From Flectonema sp. DT1601 (lineage: Eukaryota), in contig OZ025786.1 of NCBI GenBank assembly GCA_964019425.1, positions 1,178,001 through 1,242,000 on the forward strand: a stretch of 64,000 nt of DNA, in the 5' to 3' direction. The first letter of the stretch is position 1. Each line of letters opens with the position of its first letter. Position numbers and translations under genes: made by a program. Below the pieces are notes generated by a model that worked only from the letters and a program-made list of their open reading frames with translations, was not told the origin of the DNA and did not search any database. Of this stretch, positions 44,383 through 55,421 are shown one piece after another.

Positions 44383-45716
44383 TTTGTGTTGCAAAATATT
44401 TCTAGAACGGAAGGGGGGAAAATAATTATTCGGAAGTCTAACTAACACCAGACACACTGAAATAAGAATTCAAAACTAACTCGTCTCTTAAGAAAACCAA
44501 TCTGAGCTGTTCTTCCCTCACTCCCTGCGATATTGTGTTAGGATGTATTACTGATGTGTGGGGGGGGAATATGTACAAGCAATACATGAACCTACAAAGA
44601 GATCCGATATAGAAAGGGGAACGTGAAGGGATTAACAGACTATCGGTAAGGGAGGAGTGCGTGAAGGAGATGCTTGCGAAATGCGAAAGAAAAAGTTCAA
44701 AGGGGGAAGGGTGCGAGGTTGTGTTTGTTCTCGGTTTTTTTTTATTTGTATGCAAATCCGACCTAGCTAACCACAGCAAAAAGAAACTATCTCCTTACTA
44801 GATTCAAGCTGGAATTCTAATTTGCAAATGCTAAACCTTTTTTTTTTTTTTTTTTTTCCGTGAAAATTCTACTTCGCTCATTACAGACGCTAAAAAACAA
44901 AACAAAAAAAAAAAAGAACTGGTGCTAATTAGTAACATAATATTCCGTGGAGGGCACAGAACCGTAATCTTGTCTTATTTTCGCTAAAATACTTCAGAAA
45001 AGACTACATTTGTTCTTCCAAACATTTCTTTTTCCTTGTTCAGCATATGAACAGAAGAAGAAAAAAAAAAAAATCGATCACGAGGCAAAACATCGGGTAG
45101 TGTAAAACGCAGAAAATGAGAAAAAAAAAGAAAAGGGGAAAAAAGAATAGAAAAAAAAAAAAAAAATTCTGACCTCACAATTTATTAGATTTAAATATCT
45201 GTTTAAAAAGAGAGGACCATAAAAAAAAAAGAGAAAGATGGGGAGCAAAATATACTATTGTGCAAGTGAAAATATGCTGGATTGTTTTTCTTTTTTTTTT
45301 TTCTTTTTGATCACCTGCAACCTAAATACATCTACTCCACAGGTATCAACATTTAGTTTCAGTTTTTTTTTTTTTTTTTTCTTTCTTAATAATAAGGATT
45401 TCGCTTTGCATGAAAACAAGCAAGCAAAAAAATAAAAATAAAATAAAATTTTGGCACCCCACGGACTCCAACTCTGTTGGGTCGTACTTGAGGTTTGTAG
45501 TGTTGCTAGCACATTATTCGTATGAATATCTGAAATGTGTTAATAGAAAAAAACTGACGGCACTGGTGCAGTGTTATTCTTTTTCAGACTTTCAAGCAAA
45601 TATCATCAGCCAACAAAAACAAAATGTATAAGGGAAAAAAAGGGAGGGGGGAAAGAAAAATATAAAAAACATTTCCTTCCCCTCGATCATAACCTCGAGG
45701 ACGATGTTTGGGAAAT

Positions 45717-45755
<39 letters not shown>

Positions 45756-47416
45756 TCTATTCTACTATGTTGGTCGTTTTTTTTTTTTTTTTTTTGTTTG
45801 TTTGTTTGTTTGTTTGTTTTGGATCGCAACCCATTCAATTTCTAAACATAAAAAAAACATTGAAAAAATTCATTCATCAAAATAGTTGTAAAATAGAAAT
45901 GAGAATAATATGAGTTGAAAATAATAAATAAACACATCTCCACAAATAGAGCTAGCACGTAGGGAAGAAGAAATGGGGTACATAATCTCTTTCGTTTGCC
46001 GGAAGGTGTTTGTGTTTAACCAGTCACTATTATTTCTCTTCGCATTTTGAATGAATTCAGCAACGAGAGAGAGAGAAAAAAAAGAAAAAAAAGTGAGACG
46101 GCAACGAAAATTGCATAGGTCTGTCCCATCCCAATGTAATAATGGTAACGGGGACCACGATTCCCACTGAAAATAGAAGGAAAACAGGGAAAAAAAAACG
46201 ACGCAGATGATCATATTTTCCCGACCACCACATATCGAAACGTCAACAGATTTGCTTGTCGTTGTTTCGACGAAACGAAATCCAAGAAAAAAAGGAAAAG
46301 ATTCCCGAGTAACCCATGAGATCTCTCCTACGTTCAATATGGAATATAAAAAAAAAAAAATGTAAAAAAAAATAAATTGGAGAAAAAATAGTTCCGAAAA
46401 TAATATACAAAATCTAGTGTGAAGTAACCATTGCTATTCACTACTTTAAAAAAAAAAAAAATAAATAAGTATCCCCCCCCTCTCTACAGGGCAAAAAACA
46501 CCAAAGAATTCTCGTTTCCGAAAATATTCTAAAGACGATATTTTTTTTATTATTTCTTCTTTGTTTTTTTTTTTTTTTTTTTTTTTGAATTTCCTTGTTT
46601 TGTTTTCTCCCCATAAAAAGAAAAGAAAAAAAAGAAATTTAAAATCGTGCTCATTTAATCTGGAAAAGACAAATCAAATCACATTTGGGTCCATCTCCAC
46701 AAGAACACAACAACTCAACCTAGTAAGTCACATCAATTTGCGAAAAACGAGTTTCGTTAACCAACTCGAATTTATGCAAATTATTTTCGCTTTGGCCGAA
46801 GGGAAAAAAAAAAAAAATAAATAAAATAAAAGGAAAGGAAAGGAAAACAAAAGAAATCTGGCTTGATCACTCTGTAGGAAAGAGCAGATATTCTTTTATT
46901 GGGTGCTTGAATACTGGAACTGTGTGTTACCAGTGTGTTGTACCATTTGTAATGCCACAAGAGGAAGACGAATCGAGGAAAAGAAAACCAAATCGCGGGC
47001 TTGCCAAGGAACAAAGAAACATCTTGCCCAAGACTGTGTAATATTGGTTTTCTTTCTTTCTTTTTTTTTCTTTTTTTTAAAATACCTCCTTCAACAATCA
47101 AAGTATTCTCGGTTTCCATTTTGTGTTCTCACACACAAGGCTTCCCTACTTAGAACCGTTGCGTGTGTGTTTTTTCCTTTTTAAATTTTTTTTTTTCCCT
47201 TTCGTTATTTGTGTTATTTAAATTTTCTTTCTAAAAAATATGAAAATAAATAATAAAAATCACAAGGGGTGCGCAGGAACAATTTGTTTGTTCGTTTTTT
47301 TTATTTCATTTGCTTGTTTGGTATCCAACATAAATAGAAGAGAGTCATTATAAAGAAATAAAAAATAAAGCTTGGAGAAAAAGAAATATAGCTGTTTTTT
47401 TTTTTTTTTTTTTTGG

Positions 47417-47538
47417 AGGGGGTTAACTGTTTGATTTTGTACGTAAAATACAAATGTTTTGTATCATAAAAAACATAACGATAATTTAACATTAGTTCTG
47501 AGATACAGTGACTAGGTGTGATGCTTAACTTAGCCTTT
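47417..47538. repeat. ~120-bp dispersed repeat, near-identical to 41219-41341
   Basis: GGGGTTAACTGTTTGATTTTGTACGTAAAATACAAATG...GATACAGTGACTAGGTGTGATGCTTAACTTAGCCTTT occurs at both sites. Confidence 0.9.
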
Positions 47539-47599
47539 TAAAGTTTTTTTTGGAGGGGGGGAAGCGTTGATAATATTTTGATTAAAACGAAAGTGTCGA

Positions 47600-48322
47600 T
47601 CACGGGAAGACATTTGGTACGCAAACTGTGCAAGAAGGAGGGTTACCACCCCCTACAAATCTTCTTGGGCACCAGTTAGACTGACATCTTCCATCTTCCC
47701 ACGTGCACTGTGGGAAACATCCAACACAGCCGTTGTATCCAAACCCTGGACAGTCAGGTTGACGGGTCAAAGAGAAGATAGCAACGTGTAAAAGATCAAT
47801 TTCAGTTGGTGGGGTCCAGATGTGGTCTCCTGCATCAACTTGTCTTCTGAATCCAACCATGTCGTACTTCTCAGCGACGTATGAGAATCTTGGAGCACAT
47901 GATCCCGCCTCCCATCCATCAGAAGGAAGAAGTCCAGTGTACTTCCCATTTGTCTCATGCGAACAAGGTGGGCAGTGGTACATAAAGATAAAAAAGTCGC
48001 ATGGCTTTCCTGAACAGTCATGTGGACACTTCAACTTAAAACGAGTTCCTGGCAGAATCACTTCAGTCTGATCTGGGAAGTACGCCTTCGCAGATCCGGC
48101 ATAGTTCGAAATGATGTCAGGGACTCCCCACAGACGGGCATCTATTCCAGTGAGTGACCACCCAGGCATGTCTCTGCTAACCGGTTCTTTACTAAGTTGC
48201 GAGAAGCTGGTGCCTCCACCTGAGAGGGCTCTGTCAATGAAAACTTGCGCAAACTGACCGTTAGTACAAGTCGCTGATGCGCTGGTTGCTAATGCTGCTA
48301 ACAAGAACGCCTTCATCATCAT
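47600..48322 (-). CDS. Secreted Cys-rich protein, paralog B (short form)
   Basis: Signal peptide; shares DMPGWSL.G.DARLWGVPDI, YHCPPCS.ETNGKY, GSCAPRFSY and CQSNWCPRRF with 43408..44382. Confidence 0.9.
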   Translation of the reverse strand: MMMKAFLLAALATSASATCTNGQFAQVFIDRALSGGGTSFSQLSKEPVSRDMPGWSLTGIDARLWGVPDIISNYAGSAKAYFPDQTEVILPGTRFKLKCPHDCSGKPCDFFIFMYHCPPCSHETNGKYTGLLPSDGWEAGSCAPRFSYVAEKYDMVGFRRQVDAGDHIWTPPTEIDLLHVAIFSLTRQPDCPGFGYNGCVGCFPQCTWEDGRCQSNWCPRRFVGGGNPPSCTVCVPNVFP

Positions 48323-48587
48323 CGTTGAGGTAATAGTTTTTTTTAAATCTGATATAGGGAAAATAAATAATTAAATCAACTCGTCGTTATGTATTTTTTT
48401 TTTTTTATTCTTCAATTCAATCTTTACATCACATCTAGATTAATTATCTGATAAAGAAGAATAATGTGGTTTTTTTTTTTTTTTTTTTTTTTTTTCCTCC
48501 AACCATTGGACACAAACCACCCAAACAATTCCCAACCGTGTAATGAATGTGTAATTCGTGCGTAAGGTAAGCATCGTGTAAGGGACT

Positions 48588-50571
48588 TTACCCATCAACA
48601 CTACAGTGAAAACGACATCTGTTATTAGAGGCCTGATGCATAGAATGCAGTCGCTGTTTTGCTGATGCAGTCATTCGAAGACCATTTAGGTGGACATCTC
48701 TAACTGTAATATCTTCGATAAACAAAAGTGGAGCTAAACGCCAGAGGGAGTCAACAGTGAGTGAAGGACGCTGATACGATAAGTTAATTGATTCCAAGCT
48801 TGACAACGTTCGAGTGAGTGAATGTGCTATTTTCATAATAGATGAAAAAGAAAAATTATTATTCGACAAATCTAAACTCTTAACATTCCCATCACGAACA
48901 CCTTCTAACAACTTTTCCAACACCGAATCTGATAAACTGTTGTTGCTTAGGTTTAACTTGGTGACACTCGTCATAAAAATATCTTTTTTTAACATTTCTC
49001 TAACACCAATATCACCCAAATGGCAGTTAGAAAGATCAAGTAGGTGTAGACTTTGACAGTCTATTATTATTTTTTCAATCATTTTTACTCTCTGAGAACG
49101 AATTCGACATTCACTTAGTGACACTTCATCAGATTCGATGAATGTTACTTCAATCTCAGGAGGAGTGATGTTGTTTAGTTTTTTTAATTCCTCCACGACA
49201 GTTGCATCAAGAGGTGCCAGACATTGTGCATTTTCAAAGTCGCACTTAGCCTGGAACAAATACTCATGTTCTTTTGTTGTTGTTTCATTGTTTGCCAATT
49301 TACAAAAAACAATACCTCTCCGATACCAACACTTGGCAGTGTTCACTCCACCAGGAATGGTCATCGTGTAGTCTGCAGCTGTCAATGCGTCTTTTAGTTT
49401 GTGTAATCGAGTTAAACACAGCGTGATATTCATTGATATCTCTATTGAATTTCTATTCGCCTTCTGCGCTCTTTGATACAGAGATAACGCAGCGGTAAAG
49501 TTTCCCGTTGAAAAGGCCTCCGTGCCTAAACACTTCAAGTTCGATGCCTCGACAAGGTGATTTTCCTCTGTTCCTTCTTCCGTGTTGTCAGGGTCATCCA
49601 CAAAGTCTGAAAGAGGTTTCTGAACTCGTTTTAATAAACGAGCCTTGAACTCTTTCATTCGCACTAAAATTCCATCCCCACACTCCGGTGGAGCGAGGTA
49701 GTTAGTGATTAAAGGTTCACCGTCTTCGTGACGATAGTGGATCTCGCTTATTAAGTTTTTTCCTATTTTTTTTTAATTATTATTACATTAATTACTTGGT
49801 TTTTTTAGTATTTCCGCTCTCTTACAAATAATATATAACACAACCACATACCAACGGCTTCGAAGTGACCGTCCGTATTGAAAATTAAACCTCCTCCTCG
49901 TGGGATGTGCATTGCGACCGAACCAATGCCGTTTTGCTTAACGATTTCAATGGTCAACATTTCATTACAACTTCCTGAATTGATTATTAAAGGGACGATT
50001 GATATTCCGTTGTGTAATGTGTGTTCTTGATTTTCTGATATCCAAAATTTCTTTCCAAGAAACCGACAACCTTCTGCGATCCCGATGACCACAGCTCCAC
50101 TGTAATAACGCCACCTAATTGTGTCAGACAGGTATTGACTTTCATTGAATTTAGAATAGTTTAAATGGTGATCCCCTCCTGCCAATAATATAACATCAGA
50201 TAACTCTAAATGAGTACGCTCAACAGGTGTGATGTTCTCGGCATGGATATGCATGCAATTTGTTATATTTATCTTTTCCATTGCGGCTTTAAAAACCTCA
50301 AAACATTCGTTCAGATCTCCGTTTGCAGTTCCTATGTAAGAGGCGTGGATTTCTTGTTCGAACCCGTCGTAAGATAAGGCTCGTGAAGGTAGTTCACATT
50401 TGACTCTCTCAATCCAGTCGATCCCTTCATTTGTTTTTGAAAACAACAATTGAGAATCTGCTAACATTACAACCGCCGCATACGGTCTGCACTCATCGAA
50501 TTCTCGACGTGATTGAACAGCTTTATTATATTCGTCGATATTAGATACCTCAACCCCCTCCACCATAACAC

Positions 50572-50575
<4 letters not shown>
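48588..50575 (-). CDS. Two-exon fusion protein (~632 aa): peptidase-S51/class I GATase-like domain + TPR + LRR; intron 49763-49851
   Basis: A GTATGT donor at 49851 and A-rich TAG acceptor join the two track ORFs in frame (FEAVG|KNLISEIHY...GILVRMKEF). Motifs YIGTANGD and VILLAGGD; TPR LKCLGTEAF and KCWYRRG; LRR LDLSNCHLGD and LNLSNNSLSD. Confidence 0.8.
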
Positions 50576-50608
<33 letters not shown>

Positions 50609-50989
50609 TTTATTTGCAACTAACTGAGTATACGAAAATAGTGTTTTCGAATTGAAGACTAAGTATTCATTTTTTTTATTTGTTTTTTTTTTTTTTTTTT
50701 TTAAATTGATTTGCTATTTTAAATAAAATCGTTTAAACAATCTCAAATAACAAAAAAAAAAAAAAAAAAAAAAAACCAGAAAAGAGAAAAGAAAGAAAAA
50801 AACCAGAAAAAATAATAATAATTGGCTCCTCATACTCAGACTGCTGTGAAGAAAAAGAGGGAAAAAAAAAAGCTTTAGACTTTCAAGTCTAAAACTCGGG
50901 TTAGTTTTCTCACAACTCACAAGTTACCCTGCCAGTGTCTGTTTTGTAATATAACAATAAAATAATCACATTATGCAATCGCAGAAGGG

Positions 50990-53479
50990 TTACTCTCTCC
51001 CTGACCGCTGTCTATCTTTTGAATGAGGTTGATAGTAATTATTATCTTTCCTCCTCCCAGTCTTTAGTTGTTGATCTCCGTGTTCTGTTTTTGAGTGTTT
51101 CGGAGTTTGATCGCAACCAGATAACTGAGCAACAAGAGAATCAGAAGAAGCTTTAGTCCTCCCACCGCTAACATGACCATGAGTGTAATTAAGGTTATGA
51201 CTAGTAACATGGTCGTGGTGAGATAGAAAACGTTCACTAATTGATTGAATGTGTTGTTCATCATCATCATACTCATAATCACTTCCATCCTCACCATCCT
51301 CATAGTCTGTCGTATACTGAGCACCACTCGTAGTAAAGAATCCTGACACAGGTGATCCTTTACCAACTTCATAAATACCAGATCCAGAAAACGATTTATG
51401 CTTTGTAAAAGAAAATTCATTCTCAAGATTGAACAATAATTTCTCTCTCCTCTGCAAACTCCTCAAAAGTCTACTACAAGACTTTATATCCTCGTTAGTG
51501 AGAACGATTGAAGTTTCTGTTTCAGAGTACGGAACACACGAGACAGAATGCATCGACGCTCTAGTAGCATGTCGAAAAGACCTTCTACAACATCGATGAA
51601 GAGATCTTTTTGATAAAAGTACTGGAACCGGGTGAGTATTTATCTTGTCCATCGGAACTAATATCTCTGTGCCTACCTTAAACAGTGATAATCTCTGAAG
51701 TAATTCATCACACCAAGCTGAATAGGCAACCGGATAATCAATTTCCGTCTCAGCAGAGTTACGAGGAGGAAAACTTAAATTCAATCTCGTTAAAGTTGGA
51801 TAAATTTTTTTCGCTTCATCCATAGGAAGAGATAAACAATAAATGTGTTCCAAGAATTTTTCAATAGTCGGTCGTTGTTCTTTGCAACGACACCTAGTAG
51901 GAAGACAGTAATGTTTATCAAGCTGCTCTGCAGTTGGTCTGTGCGCTTCATTAAACTGGAGACAACTCTGTAATAAGTGAACCAATCCATTACTCAAAGT
52001 AGCAGGTACTAAGAAATCAGATACACACGATGGATGATAAAAAGTATTTACATTTATCCCAACAAATCCATCCGGCCATGGACCTTTTGAGTGCGAATTA
52101 ACTAAAACTAATAATGTTAACCCGACAGACCAGATATCAGCTGCTGATGTTACCCTAGATCCCAGAACTGTGTTATTACCCGATTCTCCAACATGGGAAA
52201 TAAGTCCAATCCGACTATCAAGCAAAGAGTAATCACCAACCCCAGCAAGCTCTGGTGATTTATATATCCTCGTACACATAATATATGGTGATAGTGCTTG
52301 AGTAACGCCTTTATCATTTTCAGTTTTCGTTCCTTTTTTACTGGTTCCAAAATCACCCAACTTTATGAGACCTCCATCTCTTTTTAATAATATATTCGAA
52401 GGTTTTAAGTCTTTGTGAATAATGTTACACTTTCCCATGTGAACTAACGCACACGTGATTTGCTTTGCTATGTCAAATATAATTATTTCTGGAATGATAC
52501 CCGCAGATGATTGTCCCAAAACAATAAGTTCAGACATGTCGGAGTCACATTTCTCATGAGAAACACATTTACAAGGACATTTCTTATAATAAGGTTTATA
52601 TATGGATTTCAACCTTCCAAAAGAAGAAACAGCCGTGATTACGACTATCAAGGCAGCAGTGATGGAAGATTCAAAATGAATTGGCATTTCAACCGGATCA
52701 TGAGGAGGATATCTCGCAGCTATTTTGTTTAGAATTCGTTGTTCAATCATTGCCGATCTTTCTCGCAAGTCATTCAGATCGTTGTCCATGTTTTCAAGAA
52801 CGATTTCAACCGCAACATTACCACCTGGAACTGATAGTTTTTTCAAAGGTACCAAATTAGTTCCATCTTTTGAACTATTTGTAGTACTCGTTGATGAACA
52901 CGGAGATCCAAGTTTTCCCTGTTTAGTTTTTCTCTTTTGAAAAAATTGTTGAGATGGTCGCTGTTGATCTTTATCCATCAACCGAAGACATAATAATTTC
53001 ACAACGTGTGGTGATGAATAGAATAATCTGTTTATTTCACCTTCCAATGATGCTGCAAGTCCGTGACGGGTTGCATCGTCCGCCATCGATAGAGCAACGG
53101 GTGAGAAGTTACTCCCTCCCATAGAAACTTCTTTCCTAACGAAATATTGTCTTCGAGGCCCTCGAAAACGATATACAGATCCTTGGGCTCCTGCGCCAAT
53201 TCGTTCTTCTCGGCCATCATGCTTAGCTAAATCTAGTTCATAAAACAAACAATGCTGACAATATGTTTCGTTACATTTCTTAGTACTCGAGTGGATAACT
53301 ACTTCAGCCTCTGCTCCGCCGTTTTTTTGTAAAAAACTTCCCTCCTTTGTAATTAAGACGCTGCAATTTGCATCCTGCACAGTAACTTTATCACTAGTAA
53401 CTTTTATAGCATCTTGTGACCAAGTATCATCTACAGGTCTCATCTTCATAAAAGGAAGCTTCAGAGCTGATAATTTCAT
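50990..53479 (-). CDS. Ser/Thr protein kinase (STE/MAP2K-like) with large inserts
   Basis: IGAGAQGSVY, VRKEV, HKDLKPSNILL, KLGDFG, TRIYKSPE, ADIWSVGL, RPTAEQL. Confidence 0.92.
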   Translation of the reverse strand: MKLSALKLPFMKMRPVDDTWSQDAIKVTSDKVTVQDANCSVLITKEGSFLQKNGGAEAEVVIHSSTKKCNETYCQHCLFYELDLAKHDGREERIGAGAQGSVYRFRGPRRQYFVRKEVSMGGSNFSPVALSMADDATRHGLAASLEGEINRLFYSSPHVVKLLCLRLMDKDQQRPSQQFFQKRKTKQGKLGSPCSSTSTTNSSKDGTNLVPLKKLSVPGGNVAVEIVLENMDNDLNDLRERSAMIEQRILNKIAARYPPHDPVEMPIHFESSITAALIVVITAVSSFGRLKSIYKPYYKKCPCKCVSHEKCDSDMSELIVLGQSSAGIIPEIIIFDIAKQITCALVHMGKCNIIHKDLKPSNILLKRDGGLIKLGDFGTSKKGTKTENDKGVTQALSPYIMCTRIYKSPELAGVGDYSLLDSRIGLISHVGESGNNTVLGSRVTSAADIWSVGLTLLVLVNSHSKGPWPDGFVGINVNTFYHPSCVSDFLVPATLSNGLVHLLQSCLQFNEAHRPTAEQLDKHYCLPTRCRCKEQRPTIEKFLEHIYCLSLPMDEAKKIYPTLTRLNLSFPPRNSAETEIDYPVAYSAWCDELLQRLSLFKVGTEILVPMDKINTHPVPVLLSKRSLHRCCRRSFRHATRASMHSVSCVPYSETETSIVLTNEDIKSCSRLLRSLQRREKLLFNLENEFSFTKHKSFSGSGIYEVGKGSPVSGFFTTSGAQYTTDYEDGEDGSDYEYDDDEQHIQSISERFLSHHDHVTSHNLNYTHGHVSGGRTKASSDSLVAQLSGCDQTPKHSKTEHGDQQLKTGRRKDNNYYQPHSKDRQRSGRE

Positions 53480-53509
53480 TATTTTCTTTTCTACCGATGA
53501 CTGTTAAAA

Positions 53510-53835
53510 AAAGGAGGTAATTTGATACTGCATTCTACAGTTCAAAAGGAAACAACAATTTCTCCAACAATCTTGACTGTCAGCGGCAGCATAGCAAATG
53601 ACTGCAAATAAATAAATAATACCACTGGAGGCCACGTGAACATAGTTGAGCGCCACTTGCCTATGTTACCGTAACAGCTTTTTATAAAACTCATGAGTAC
53701 TTAATTAATACATTTAATTGTTTTGAAAATTTAATCATAGAAAAAGACGACCACCAGGAAGGGCACCTCTTTGTCAATAGCCGTACTGGGGGGTGAAACT
53801 TTGACAATGCAAAAACAACTTTAGGTATTAACAAC
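53510..53835. repeat. Fragment of a dispersed repeat family (related to 58675-59030 and 63685-63891)
   Basis: Shares ACTGTCAGCGGCAGC...AATACCAC and GGGGGTGAAACTTTGACAATG.AAAAAC..CAACTTTAGGTATTAA. Confidence 0.75.
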
Positions 53836-54722
53836 GAAAAACAGTTCTTTCTATCGCCGTATATACTGGGGGAGAAAAAGAAATTGCTTAAAAGAAAACT
53901 TCTTTTGAGGTTTCTGTATGTTGCGAAAGATACCGTCTGACGTTCTCGCTTCGATCAACAGTGAAAAACCCAACCCATCGGTGAGACAGAAAGCAGTAAC
54001 ATTCACATCAAGTTTCCGTATCACGAAAACCTGCATCATTTTTTTTTCTTTTAGTAATCTTGCTGAAAGAGGAAAAAAAAAATTATTAAATTGGTGAAAG
54101 TGTTCAAAATAGCGGCAACAATTGTAAAGACGATCTCTGCATTGACTCACAGATTAATTACCTGATGTCGTCAGAGGATCATTACCTGTTTCTTAAGCAT
54201 GGTCATTCTTTGACTAATGGCGTGCTGCTGACAGAAAACGAATGCCTACCAGCCAGGGAAGCTTTAACCAATCAAAGGGAACTACGAGTTTCTAATTACA
54301 GCAACCTCATTAGTAGTTAATATAACATCTGTGACCAAAGTAGGGTTTACAGGTCTCTAATGTCATCCAAAGAGTGGATAATTTTCTTGCCTTTCTTCAA
54401 TCGATTACTGTCGAGAGGGAGAAACGAAATGAAAGTAAAGAATGTATACTTTCGTGTACGAAAGACGTATTTCGTTGAAGGTGTCCTGTGTATATTTCAT
54501 CTTTTCATGATAACAACATCAAAACAAACCTCTGAAGAATCAGTTTAAGAAAAAGAGATGAGCAGTTTGGGAAAACCTTCGTTGTTTTAATTCCAACAAC
54601 CGTCTCTGAATAAAAATGAAACTTTTCTTAATGTGTTTGTGTGACGACACACACAAACACATAAACAACTGATATAACAATAACACTTCATAATAAAGCC
54701 TGCTACTGTCTCGCCATTAATT

Positions 54723-55163
54723 CTATTGTGATAGACTACGAGAAGACGATGCGTTGATGACAGCAACTCTCCTATTACCGATCATTTCATAACTCCTGGA
54801 ATTCGCAGGAATTGTACCTCTAAAATGAGAATGGGTGTTCTTTCGTGCTATGTATCTCTGTGTTGGTGGTAGCTTACCACTATTTATTCCTTCGAGTAGC
54901 TTATTATTTCTCGTTTGCCAATCAGAATCGAATGCCCCCCCCTGAGATACTTCAAAAGCTGTGGCTCCCATTTTCAAGTGCCGTAGCTGTGTCCTTCCGT
55001 AGGCGATGGCTCTCCGTAGTAGCTCATTGTCAGTAGTGCTGCCTCTTCTTGTGAATTCAACCTTTGCGATTTCTCGGATCTCATCGATACCCACAGTTGG
55101 GTGTTTTGCTCCAACCAGAAGAAGATTCTTATAAAGCTGTCTAGATAACGGATGGAGTGTCAT
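54723..55163 (-). CDS. LYR-motif (Complex1_LYR-like) mitochondrial protein
   Basis: RQLYKNLLLVG...IREIAKVEF...LRRAIAYGRTQL matches the LYR/LYK family pattern. Confidence 0.75.
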   Translation of the reverse strand: MTLHPLSRQLYKNLLLVGAKHPTVGIDEIREIAKVEFTRRGSTTDNELLRRAIAYGRTQLRHLKMGATAFEVSQGGAFDSDWQTRNNKLLEGINSGKLPPTQRYIARKNTHSHFRGTIPANSRSYEMIGNRRVAVINASSSRSLSQ

Positions 55164-55335
55164 ATTTTATTGATACCCTTAAAAATATAATTGAGCCTTT
55201 GATCTTGTTCGGTAATTCCTGAGGGGTGAAGTATAATGGGGGTTAAAGAATCACTTGCATTAGGGCTTGGCGCTGCTAGTCGGAAATCAGAAAAAAACCC
55301 TTCACGAACACACACAAAACGTTTTTGCTTTTTCG

Positions 55336-55421
55336 CAGTTGAGTGTTTTGCTCCAACTTGGAGAAGCTTCTTATAAAGCTGTCTCGATAACGGATGGAGT
55401 GTCATATTTTATTGATACCCT
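55336..55421 (-). pseudogene. Partial tandem duplicate of the 5' end of the LYR gene
   Basis: An 86-bp direct repeat of 55094-55179 (offset 242), including the upstream GGGTATCAATAAAAT, the ATG and about 23 codons. Confidence 0.8.
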
